A DNA stretch of 64,000 nt from Tubiluchus corallicola (Eukaryota > Animalia > Priapulida): assembly GCA_030141605.1 (NCBI GenBank), contig JAQGDQ010000029.1, forward strand, positions 868,001 through 932,000, given 5' to 3'. Positions 1-11,002 of the stretch are shown in pieces. A program made the position numbers and the translations under genes. Under the pieces are notes generated by a model. That model saw only the letters and a list, made by a program, of their open reading frames with translations. It was not told the origin of the DNA and searched no databases. Position 1 is the stretch's first letter. The number at the start of each line of letters is the position of its first letter.

Positions 1-375
1 GGCTATCTTAAATGAGATTATGCTTAGCTTGTGATAAGTATGTACAAACAAGCAAAGGCGAAATTCTACCGGAAACAAATAAACGTTATTCACTCTAGTG
101 TTGACATGCATGACTTGGGTTTTGGATGCTGTCAGGCTAAAGTAAGGCTGCAGCTATGAATGTGATTGTGCTTTGTTTTTCTCTGAAATTGTAACTAAAT
201 TTGCATACTTGAGTAGATAGCAGAATGTTGTACTGTTTATAGTTAGTTTGTTAGCCATACAAAATATATAATTACAGTCACTGAATTCCTGTTATGAGTT
301 TGCAGGCCTTCTGAGTGATTAGGTAACAATATTTTGCGAGTGGTTATGTAGTCTACTGGATCTTCCAAAATTCTC

Positions 376-508
376 ATGAAGCTCAGCAAGTTTAAAGCCT
401 TACTTCAAACTGAAGTGCCAAAAATCCTGTGTAGAAGAACAAGTACTGGAGTCATCAGCAAAGATGAACAGCTGAAATCTCAATATGACTGTGTTATCAT
501 TGGCGGAG
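376..508 (+). CDS. PYROXD2: PYROXD2 coding exon 1 (putative mitochondrial presequence and start of FAD-binding Rossmann motif)
   Basis: ATG at 376 reads MKLSKFKALLQTEVPKILCRRTSTGVISKDEQLKSQYDCVIIGG(G); donor G|GTAAGT at 509, phase 1. Not in the ORF track. Confidence 0.85.
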
Positions 509-1553
509 GTAAGTGAATGTGTAAGGGACAGTAGCATTGAAAAAGGTGATAGTAACATTTATCTGTCACAGTAGGACATAGGTCACAGTGGGAAATTACC
601 AGCACGCTTTTCACATACCTGCTGAATTTGCTAAATTTGATATGTAATGCATAATGTTGATGAAGTAAGTTATTTAATAAATGCTATTCTATTGTAATAC
701 CTTTCGTTACCATTTCTGAGTGAGAACAATCACCTATTAATTATTCTGCTGTCGCCAGTTTTTTGCCATTTTATTTATCGATCACTTCTCATTTAACTTT
801 GATTTTTAACTGAAGTTTTAATATTCTGCAATTATATGGTTTCAGCAATTACACAAAATTTTGGGTGAAACTTGTCACCAGTATAGTATTGTTTTGAATG
901 GTTGAATGAACTACCTTTTCACCGTGGCGGACTTTGGAGTAATTCCTTGCTGCAGGTTGCCCACATTATTCTAACAAAGAACAAACTATACACTTCTAAA
1001 TGTGTATGTTTTTGCTAAGACATACAGTAATATTCACGTAATTTGTACTGATGATTCTTTTAAGCAAGTAAATACACCAATATTCACTATTAATACGACC
1101 GAATTTTAAAAGTGATTTAACGAAACAAATTCACAGACCATATATATCATTTTCCCACCATTCTGAAAAAGAATTTTGATAAGCAAAGTAAGCCTGTTTC
1201 AATGCTAAATGACAGTGACTTTTAAAAGTGTCTCGTAGGACTTAGGAATTTTAATTGAAACCTCAGTCTCATCACAGGGGTGAATAACTTGTTTAGAAAC
1301 ATGTCTCTCTTAAAGCTGCACCTGATTATCGTTTGTACATCAATAAATCTGATTTAAATGAGAGAAAATGAAACGTATGAAAACAATTTTTTTGAAGTTC
1401 TAATTTTATTTAAAAGTATAACAGACAAGCATTAAAAAATAAATGGTCCTTGCATTGCATGATCTATATTAAAAACATGCCACGAATTTGTATGCTATTT
1501 TTCTTTTCTTCATAAAAGTGTATACATATTTCATTTTCTTTTTTGCTTTTCAG

Positions 1554-1573
1554 GTCACAATGGTCTCGTAGCA
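1554..1573 (+). CDS. PYROXD2: PYROXD2 coding exon 2 (20-nt microexon)
   Basis: Polypyrimidine tract and CAG acceptor; encodes (G)HNGLVA; GTAAGT donor; completes the GxGxxG motif in phase. Confidence 0.9.
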
Positions 1574-1839
1574 GTAAGTATCAAAACTCTTTGATTTTTT
1601 TTAATAAGTACGAATAGACATATTGATGTTTCATTATTTTTTGTAATCAACCACTGATTATTTAAACCTTTTTATTGGAAATTTTCTTTATTCTATATTA
1701 AGTGTGCAATTAATTGCTAACATTTAAAGGTACAAATATGTTTGGTTTAAAAAACTGCCACTTTCACTGCTAAAACTGGTGATATTATGAAGTTGTATTG
1801 TCTACGTACTTCATAAATCATGCTCTTTCTTGCTTGCAG

Positions 1840-1933
1840 GCAGCTTATTTAGCAAAAGCAGGGAAACAGGTGGCTGTTCTGGAGAGGAGGCATGTTCTTG
1901 GTGGTGCAGCTGTAACAGAAGAAATAATTCCTG
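1840..1933 (+). CDS. PYROXD2: PYROXD2 coding exon 3
   Basis: [31 protein letters not shown](G); TTGCAG acceptor, GTATGT donor. Confidence 0.93.
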
Positions 1934-2260
1934 GTATGTTAAAAATTGTTATACTATGTATCAGAACTGGATGCCTTTGACCCTTTTACGTGGCGTGTCT
2001 GAAATATTTGAAATAACTTTTGTCACAAAATGAAATTGAAATGAAAAAATATTTTTAGGTGACTAACAGTGCTACATTTTGATGCGCACAGCATGATTTA
2101 TCCAAAACTGCACGCATAACCGAAAATCATAAACTTGTGTCAACAAATTCCTCATTTTTTTTCAATTTACAGTCTAAAAGAGATCATTTTTGGTGCAGTC
2201 CCCTTTTAAATGTGAAATGCATATTGTGCTCACTTGCAGTAAGATGAGCATTTTTTGCAG

Positions 2261-2334
2261 GTTTTAAATTCTCCAGAGCTTCCTACCTGCTTAGCCTGCT
2301 TCGACCACAAATCATGGAAGAACTAGAACTAAAA
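2261..2334 (+). CDS. PYROXD2: PYROXD2 coding exon 4
   Basis: (G)[24 protein letters not shown]; TTTTTTGCAG acceptor, GTAAGT donor. Confidence 0.93.
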
Positions 2335-2980
2335 GTAAGTCACTGGTATACCTTGCAGTTTCTTTTACAACCTTTTACTGCAAATCCGACTTTACGGTAA
2401 TAACATTCATCATGAACGTTGTTTTTATATTTTAATAAGGCTTCCAAAATCTTGCACACAAACTGGAATGTCCCTGGAGGAAATGTTCCTGAATGCTCCT
2501 AAATTCACTTAGATAACATGAATGATTATGTATCCATCTATTTAAAAAATTATTTTTCTATATTTTTGTGTTTGATCATGATTTATCTAGTTTGGCGATT
2601 TAAAAATTGTTAAGCAAGGCACCAAACCAGTATTGGTTTTGGAACTAGCTGTCTATGAAAACTTTCTGTACTTGATGACTTGATACTTGCTATGAATGAT
2701 GACTTGAACAATGGCATAAAACACAAAGAGTGTTATTAAACTAAGTACCTCTATGTCAGTTACAGTGACTAATTAATTTTTTCTATCTCTTACTGTCTAC
2801 TAATGATGTTACTCCGGTTCCTAACTTTGTTTCAGCACTTTGCTTTACTTTCATGCCAAATTTCTTTATGTTGCTTTAGCTTTCATAGTGCAAGCCAACC
2901 ATATAGATGCAATAAAACAATGTTATTTAATGATAAATTTTTCTTTTGAGGTCATGCATTGAATTTTTCTTTTGTTTCAG

Positions 2981-3136
2981 AAACATGGTCTCAAGCTGTA
3001 TTTTCGTGACCCGTGTTCTTACACACCAATGAATGAAGATCCAGTGTTGGGTGAGCGGCCACGTTCACTGCTGCTGTCTAATGATGAAGAGTTCAATAGG
3101 AAAGAAGTTTCTAAGTTCTCTAAGAAAGACGCAAAT
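2981..3136 (+). CDS. PYROXD2: PYROXD2 coding exon 5
   Basis: KHGLKLYFRDPCSYTP...EVSKFSKKDAN; TTTCAG acceptor, GTAAGT donor; phase 0/0. Confidence 0.92.
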
Positions 3137-3200
3137 GTAAGTTTTGGCTTGCCTTGTTTAGGTGAACACACTAAATAGTAGTACGCATATTAACTTACAA

Positions 3201-3266
3201 TCTCCCTCTCCCTCTCCCTCTCCCTCTCCCTCTCCCTCTCCCTCTCCCTCCCCCTCCCTCTCTCCC
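3201..3266. repeat. (CTCTCC)n microsatellite in intron 5
   Basis: About 11 tandem hexamer units, directly visible. Confidence 0.95.
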
Positions 3267-4419
3267 AACACTCTCATAATTTTTTGAGGAAGAGGAACTG
3301 CTGTTTTTAATAAATGGTGTTTTTCCAAGTTTTTATAGTGGTCCATGCTAATTTACGGTAGCATTATTATGGAGTTATTACTGACAAAACATTTAACTTT
3401 TATTTTCCGGGCTAGCAGGTCAATGCTCACATGTTACCTGTCTTATGCAAGGCTTGAAACTGCACAACTTTACTGATATTCCACAAGAGGTACCCTACAC
3501 AAGCAAACCTCAGTAATGTCAAATCTTCTGACAGAAAAAAGTTAATGGGTTGAGCTGTTCATGTGGCCTCATGCTTTTTTTTCCATCGGTGACACCTGCC
3601 TATGCATTTTTTTGGATTTAGGAAACTTACAAGTCGGTCTCCTAGCCTCCTAACCTTTCTGAGTACTGAACATCCACATTACATGTGCCCCAAGCACAAT
3701 GCTTCTCCATTCTATACTTTATTTCATTGCTATTTAAAACGAATTTTAGCTGCTCTTGTCTTGTATGGTAAGAAAAAAGTAAAAATATACACGCACTCTC
3801 GCTGTATTTTGTATACGCTTCACGTGCAAATGCTACTGAGCTTGGGAGCAAGTCTCAAGGCCCCAGCAGTGGCGAACCACTTAGAGCAACTGATTGACCA
3901 TTGCGAGGTGGAAATCCAGTGCTTGATTAACGTTTTTGGGGTCTATGTATTCTCATAGTTTTACTTACATAAGTTTTCTGCTACTATACAGGTAAACTGT
4001 GTACAAAATAAGTAAAACAAAATAGTACAAAATTGGGTCTATGGTTTTACATGAATTATTATCAAACCTGTAACAGCAACAAGAGCCTTCAGCTTTAACA
4101 ATCCCTCGAAACTTGTCTGTTGCTAATCACCAAGCTTTCTACTTGACAGACGTGTAATCTAGGGAGGGTATTCATAATGAGGTTTTATTGCATATAAGGT
4201 AAGGATGTAGATTGTAGAAGTTCAAAGGCTAGGATACAGGTCACGGTAAGATTGGCCATACGAAGTGCTGTTCACAAGAATCGGGACTAGCATTAACGAA
4301 CCTATGAGTTTACTAACTATAGCTGTTCTCCTATCAGACACAAATATGGAATTGAAAAACACAAAAGTATGAGAAGCTTGACTGCATTTAAAAGTTAAAC
4401 AGCATTTTTATGTTTGCAG

Positions 4420-4573
4420 GCATTGCCACTTTACGAAGCGCAGATGCACAGGTTTGTACAAGCTATTCAGCCACTATTAGACAATGAACCGCCTAACATC
4501 AACATACTGAATCGTGGCTCATTGATAGATAGAATAAGAGAAGCATATAGACTGAGACATCTTGTGGAAACAG
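4420..4573 (+). CDS. PYROXD2: PYROXD2 coding exon 6
   Basis: ALPLYEAQMHRFVQAIQPLLDNEPP...HLVET(G); TTGCAG acceptor, GTATTT donor; phases fit both neighbours. Not in the ORF track. Confidence 0.88.
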
Positions 4574-5428
4574 GTATTTATAATTGAACATTGAATAATT
4601 TGGTGATTTAAAAAGCAAAATTGGGTGCATTCAAGTTAGTGTATCTATTGACGGTATGCTGTCTATTATTAAAATTTTACTTACTTTATCAAACTAAAAT
4701 AACTGCATATTTCTTAGCCTTTTACAATCCTAAATGTTCGACATTAATTTACTCGCATTTTTATCTGAGTGGTTCTTATCATTTCTTACGAGCTAATTTT
4801 GGAAACCTGCGCTGTATAATAACTATGTCTTGTTGTGTTGCCTTTCCCAGTACTATCCTGTATTAATAAAATGTGGCTAAGACAGACAGAGTGGAGTAAA
4901 CTATCATCACTTATCTTTTTCCGTAAACAGTTAAATAAAATATCAAATAAAATATCCCTTTTCACTTAATAATCCCCAATGCACTTCTAATTAATTGCAT
5001 TCTTTCAAAAATATCACATAGTGCAAGATTTAGATAATTTATTACCTAAGCAAAAATGCTGTTGTCCTGTTTGTCATTTTTGTGCTTAAAAAAATTGTGC
5101 ATCGAGCAGTTTTTCGTTGCTGGTTTTGCAAAAGTGAACATTTTAGTTTTTATATGATTGATGTTCCTAATTTTGTGTTTGCATACTTCTTGTAGTTTAA
5201 TAAGCACAAGCTCTAGTAGGAAATTTTTTTATCACATTTAAGCTATCTCACTAGTCTTTTGTCTGTAAAGAGCATTTTGAGTTAAATTAATTAATGGTAT
5301 AATTTAACTTCTGGAAAAATTTAGACTTGTTTAAAAAATGTGTCATATTTTGATTAACAACACCTTTCTTGTATCTCTTTAATATTCACACATACAAATG
5401 TCATATTTTTCTACTCATTCTTCTGCAG

Positions 5429-5588
5429 GTCGTGTATTGCAAACAGACATACCTCATTTTTACGAACTTCTCACAGCTCCCGCGTCTAAAGTGTTACACA
5501 GCTGGTTCGAGTCGGAGCCTTTGAAGGCTACACTTGCAACAGACAGTGTGATAGGTGCTATGATGAGCCCTCATACTCCTGGCAGTAG
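5429..5588 (+). CDS. PYROXD2: PYROXD2 coding exon 7
   Basis: (G)[52 protein letters not shown]; CTGCAG acceptor, GTAACG donor. Confidence 0.93.
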
Positions 5589-5636
5589 GTAACGTAATTT
5601 GTTATTTTAAAATTGGTAGATGCACATTTCAGTTAA

Positions 5637-6876
5637 AGGTCCACTAGTACCCTGGTAGACACCTGCTGTCAAAATTCATTATTGACTAGCGTGATACAAA
5701 AAAGTGGGTTTATTTCTTTATAAACTTGCACTTTTTTCTTTGGTCAGCATTGAAACACTTTAGATTTAGTGTCGCACATACATCTTGCGAAAAACAAAAA
5801 AATCGGGCAAGAAAGCGGAAGCGATGTCCTGTAAGGAACGACACTGTGCACATGTAACTCTCACTGTATTTACAGGTGGGAAAAATCAAGCTGTGTGCCA
5901 GTAATGGAGAAACTGGGGTCCTCGCTGAAGCATTTTTTAATGTTAAGCTCAAATCATAGCTTTGTCCACACGTACTTTAATGCACTATATTTTATAAACG
6001 AAAAATATTAGTAACGAGGTACAATGTGTAAAAGTTGTAAGGTGTAAGTTTCATGCAGCCGAGCTCCTCCATTCTACATGTAGCTGCTCAGATTTTATTT
6101 TTAAGCCATTTCTAGCAAGATATATTGGGGATTCTATTTGTGGCAAAAGGAAGGGATGCTCTATCTTCACTGCATTTGCGTTTTGTGCGATTTTTACATT
6201 AAAGTAATGTGTAAAACGGGAAAACATATTTCAAAAGTGAAGAAAGGGAGGTTGCTATCAATATCGAGAGTTTCCATTAAACTGGTAGGTTGAAATGTGT
6301 TACTGCTAACCTAGACTGAATATAGTTTTCATGAAATTTAGCTAGAAAGGTTAATTATTACCTTACTTACTCTGCATCTGACCCAAAATAGTGGCAAATA
6401 GTTTACTTGCAACATGGTTTAATTTGCGGGAGTACTCGGCATACCTATTGTTGATACAGCATACACACAGTTTAAATAGTAACATCATAGTGCTCTGTAT
6501 ACTGCGTTTGTTACTATAAATTTGCTGTTCCTTGCAGGTTTGTAAATTGAAAACTGATTCTTATAAGATTATTTGCTATAAATAGATAAATACTATTGTA
6601 AGAAACGTTTTTATTAATAGATAAATCATTATTTAGCCATAACTGCCTTGTTCAGTGTTCACAGTACTCTGCTGGCTGGGGCCACTGGTTATCTAAAGGA
6701 CTGTAGCTATTAAATGCCTCTTCCTTATGTGATATCACAACACTGAGTGTCATTTTGGGCGATAATATAAGTTACCATATCACATAAAAGTATGTAATTG
6801 TTTCAAAAATTAGGAAATATGTAATTCCGCCTATGCTATAAAAGAAAGTAACATAAAAAATAGCGTCCTGGGACCT
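5637..6876. mobile_element. Candidate non-autonomous TTAA-targeting DNA element (Kolobok-like) in intron 7
   Basis: TTAA|AGGTCC at 5633-5642 and GGACCT|TTAA at 6871-6880; AG...CT termini; only 6 bp of exact inverted repeat; no ORF. Confidence 0.4.
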
Positions 6877-7307
6877 TTAATGTTATTGTGTTGTTCACGT
6901 TTTAGCAGACAAATAGTTGAGCAACTTATGTCCAACAAAGTGGAATCACCTTGTTTTAAATGTGTCTATTCAGATTCCATCGCTATCGGTTTTGGTTGCA
7001 CGAAGTTGAAGTGTTTGAACGTGACTGTACTAGTGATAAATTGAATAGTCTTTGTATAAACAGAGTAAACTAAATACTGGTGGTAACATTGTGGCCCTTC
7101 AATAGAACTGAATAGGTTGCTTACTGTCTTAAGAAACTTTTTTGAAATATTAACTTACTAATTTACTAAAAAAATTTCATTACTGCAAATACTGTTATTA
7201 TTCTTTAATCTTTATCTTTTTTCATTTTATTTTGACTGACTTTTTTACTTTGTTACCTGAATTTTAACTGTAATTATGTTTTCGTTCAAATTCAAGCTTT
7301 GTTCTAG

Positions 7308-7449
7308 TTATGTGCTGCTACATCATGTAATGGGTGAGTTGGAAGGCCGTAAAGGATGCTGGGCATATGCAGAAGGTGGCATGGGTTCCGTTTCCATGGC
7401 AATTGCAAAATCTGCTGCATCACATGGAGTACATATCTTTGTAAATAAA
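7308..7449 (+). CDS. PYROXD2: PYROXD2 coding exon 8
   Basis: (S)[47 protein letters not shown]; TTCTAG acceptor, GTAAGT donor. Confidence 0.93.
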
Positions 7450-7499
7450 GTAAGTTTACACTTATAACAGAAACACAATTTTCAACTTAGCAGAAGAAA

Positions 7500-7773
7500 A
7501 TCCAATGCCAGACAGGTCTGACTTTAGGGTAGATGAATCTCTTTCTGTAGCCTGAGCACACAAGGACAGATGGCTAGCTCAGTACTCAGCCACCTTTCCT
7601 TCCCTAGTACATGGTGAGTTACTCGGTTAAGGCTAAGTAGACCGAGAAAGGTGGCCATAAAGTCCTATACGAATGGACCATAGCTAGAAAAACCCTGACA
7701 CGAATGGGATTCGACCGCAAAAAGTCTGGATAAGCAACCAAGTGCCATACTGTTAGGCCACCGCATCTTCCCC
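7500..7773 (-). mobile_element. tRNA-derived SINE relic in intron 8
   Basis: Minus strand starts GGGAAGATGCGGTGGCCTAACAG (A-box-like), then GGTCGAATCCC (B-box-like), then a ~200-nt non-tRNA body. The 3' boundary is approximate. Confidence 0.6.
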
Positions 7774-8167
7774 ATAGCACTTAAAAAATGTTTAAGTGTG
7801 TATAATAATTCAGCCTCTACCAAGTAATTTCCTCAAAATGTAAACTATTAATGCATTCAATTTGTGTTGCCCTAAAGAGAACAATTATAAAATCTACATA
7901 TTTGCTTGTCAGGCAATTTTATGCAGCTTTACAAAATGATGTCAAATATTTTTCTTCAAAATTTTTAACTTGAAAAATTTTGTAAAGTTGCGTAATTTCT
8001 TGTGAGGCATTGTAAAGTAACACATAAAGTTGAGAATGCGGGCCCAGATTCGCAGAAGTCAGAAAAACTTTTATAATACACTACTGTCATGTCATAAAAA
8101 AGTAATTTGTGTTGACACTATCACTGAACTTGGTTTTCGTACTTACTTTCTTGTTCTGCATTTTTAG

Positions 8168-8375
8168 AAAGTGAAAGAATTACTCATTGATGCACATAAA
8201 AAAGCAAATGGTGTCGTTTTGGAAGATGGGACTGAAGTACATGCTGACATTGTTTTCTCCAATGCAACTCCTAAAGTCACATTTTTAGATCTCTGCCAGC
8301 GTTCCGCACTCGATTCTGATTTTGTGTACGCTGTTGAAGCAATTGACTACAAGTCCCCTGTTACAAAAATCAATG
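8168..8375 (+). CDS. PYROXD2: PYROXD2 coding exon 9
   Basis: KVKELLID...GVVLEDGTEVHADIVFSNATPKVTF...IDYKSPVTKIN(V); TTTTAG acceptor, GTAGTA donor. Confidence 0.92.
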
Positions 8376-8701
8376 GTAGTAATTGTTGTATATTGTACCC
8401 TTATTGCCTAAACAGTTTTAAGAAAAATTTCCAATAGATTACCTGTAGTGGTTTAATAACATTTCTTTGCTCACATTTTTTTCTCTAAGCTGGTGCTTTT
8501 CAACACAACAATTTAAAAGAATTATGTTGTACGGCCAGAAATGACCATTTTGTGGTTTTATGATGGTTGTGTTAACAGACACATTTTATTGAAATTGTCT
8601 TTCATTTATAATGTTTTAATTGCCTTGAATTCGATACCAAATATAAACTACTTGCATTACTTTTTATTGTACTAAACTTGTTATATTATTAAATTTTCTA
8701 G

Positions 8702-8855
8702 TTGCTATAAGAGGCCTGCCAAATTTCCTGGCAAGCCCTGGCAAAGATGGCGAAATTAAGCCACATCACAAGACGACAATTCATTTGAACTGTGAACATA
8801 CAGATCTTATACATGATGCCTTCACAGATGCTGTTAGCGGACATGTTTCTAGAAG
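8702..8855 (+). CDS. PYROXD2: PYROXD2 coding exon 10
   Basis: (V)AIRGLPNFLASPGKDGEIKPHHKTTIHLNCEHTDLIHDAFTDAVSGHVSR(R); TTCTAG acceptor, GTAGTA donor. Not in the ORF track. Confidence 0.9.
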
Positions 8856-9618
8856 GTAGTAAATTAATTCATAAAAAAGTTAATGATAATTTCCTTGGCT
8901 TGGCCTTTGCATGAATCTTCGATTTTACAGCTAAAAAATTTTTCAACCTTTAGGTAAAATTGAACTAGAATGGCATGAGCCTGCACAACACTTTCCTCAG
9001 CTTCTCTCTTGTATGGTAACAGTCTTTTGTTCTTTCATGTTGCAACCTAACCTAGGTGCTGGAACAAATTAATACTAAAAACTACTAAGAATACCTTGTT
9101 AACACGCATTCCAACATTGTTCACATTGTAATGACTAAAGGGCACCACAGCACATTTTGATGATAGGTTTTTTTAGTTACTTGATCATGTTTGTTATCGC
9201 TGTGCAAGGTTAGTGATTGTTTTTTCACTGTAATTGGTCTGAGTCAAATGAAGTGACTGTATTGACTATTTCTTAATGCACAGTAATTTTCACATCGCGG
9301 AGACTGTATTAAATATCATGATGCAATAGAATGTTATTTCCTCTGAACTTCAGCATAAGATGATTCACAACTGAATTCAAGAATTTATGCCACTGTAAAA
9401 TACATCCGCATTTTCTTAATTAAATCATTTGTGAATTCCTTCAATTTTTCTATTTTTGGATTTTTTTTCTAGTACTCAAATAACTTTGTGAAAGATGGCA
9501 TTGCAGTAATTAATGCTGTGCTAGTTATGAGCAAAAGTTAATTTGTGCTTATATGTTAAGCAGTGCTTCATTATTTGTGTTGGCATATTTACTGTAATAG
9601 TTGTTCTCTTCTCTTCAG

Positions 9619-9773
9619 GCCAGTTATTGAGATGGTAATTCCCTCCAGTTTAGATCCTACGCTAGCTCCTAGAGGTTCACATGTTGTGCTGTTCTTCACT
9701 CAGTACACACCATACATGCTTGCTGATGGTAAAGAGTGGGATGAACATACTAAAGAAACTTATGCTAATCTAA
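9619..9773 (+). CDS. PYROXD2: PYROXD2 coding exon 11
   Basis: (R)[32 protein letters not shown]...KETYANL; CTTCAG acceptor, GTACGA donor. Confidence 0.92.
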
Positions 9774-9896
9774 GTACGATTATTTTACATTCATTTGACA
9801 CAGCTGTTAGTTATTGTGAGCTTTGAAATTGTCAGTATCACCAATACACTTTATAGGCATGATTATTTTTATTAACAGCTGATAATGTTTTTTCAG

Positions 9897-10124
9897 TTTT
9901 TGACACTGTGGAAAAGTATGCGCCTAAATTTCGGGAGCTCGTAGTAGGCTATGAAGTTCTACCTCCTCCAGAGTTGGAGCGCATTTTTGGTTTGACGGGT
10001 GGTAACATTTTTCATGGTGCCATGTCTCTTGATCAGCTGTACATTGCTCGTCCTTTACCTCAGTATTGCGGAGCAAGGACTCCTATTAAAGGATTGTATC
10101 TATGTGGAAGTGGTGGCCATCCTG
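9897..10124 (+). CDS. PYROXD2: PYROXD2 coding exon 12
   Basis: (I)FDTVEKYAP...[23 protein letters not shown]...[11 protein letters not shown](G); TTTCAG acceptor, GTAAGC donor. Confidence 0.94.
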
Positions 10125-10677
10125 GTAAGCTGTGAAATGGATATTAGAAGATAAGATCAGTGAATTTTCGTAAATTTCTCCCAATACTTGGTTTCAAATA
10201 TTAAAACACCTAAAGTGTGCACACATATGGTTATCATTTGCAAAACTCGTGGTGCAAGTAATATCAGTGGAAACCTAAATTTAAAATTTAAACTTTGATG
10301 CTTTCTGCTAACACATACACATTGTGAAATCAGGGAAAGTGCTAGGACAATTATCACCTGAGCAAAAAAAACAATATTTTGAGAATAAGTTTAATCATTT
10401 TTATTTTTGTGAACCACTGATGTGCACTGGAGCATTGAGCTAGTGCTATATAGACAGCATTTTGTCACTAGTACAAATTATTTAAATTGTTAACAATACA
10501 CTACGAACAAAAATAATTTTAGAGAATTTGGACAAAATATTATTGAATGACATTTCTAAGTAAAATTAAATGGCATAATTGCAAAAATTTAAGATAGCAA
10601 GGCCACACTATTTAGTGCAATGAAAACAAGGCTTTTAAAGGCACAAGTAGGTTAATGTAAACAAACATGAAAGTTTT

Positions 10678-10888
10678 TGTAACGTTTGCAAGATACAGCC
10701 ACAACAGTTGAATAATTAGTGAATACTAAAACAAACGTTTATTAAATGAGCATCAGTTTAGATAATCATGAACAAAGCAAATCCCACATTACGTAACTTC
10801 TACCTCGTGGTGAGCCCGATTAAAAAATAAGGGAAATCTTAGTAAGACCAAACATTAAAATGTTTGCCACAGATAAGAACACGTCACA
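10678..10888 (-). repeat. 3' LTR
   Basis: Matches 15180-15390 except T10865 versus A15367; ends TGTAACGT...ACGTCACA; minus-strand AATAAA at 10738-10743. Confidence 0.96.
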
Positions 10889-10901
10889 TCCTCTTCGTTT
10901 T
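10889..10901 (-). other. Polypurine tract
   Basis: Minus strand AAAACGAAGAGGA directly abuts the TG of the 3' LTR. Confidence 0.8.
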
Positions 10902-11002
10902 AAAAGTAAGTAACGTAGACCAACTAAACTGAAAAACATCAATGTAGGCAGATATCAAGGTCACAAAATTAAAGGTCAACATCAAGGTTATTAATACTCC
11001 AA

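Noticed and set aside
130-375. 5' UTR intron (donor near 142, acceptor TTTGCAG at 305)
   Set aside because: Plausible but cannot be supported without transcript data.
3158-3346. ORF with a (GE)n run
   Set aside because: Translation of the (CTCTCC)n microsatellite inside a PYROXD2 intron.
3602-4866. Intronic ORFs of 118, 69 and 81 aa
   Set aside because: No recognisable domains, and the PYROXD2 frame is complete without them.
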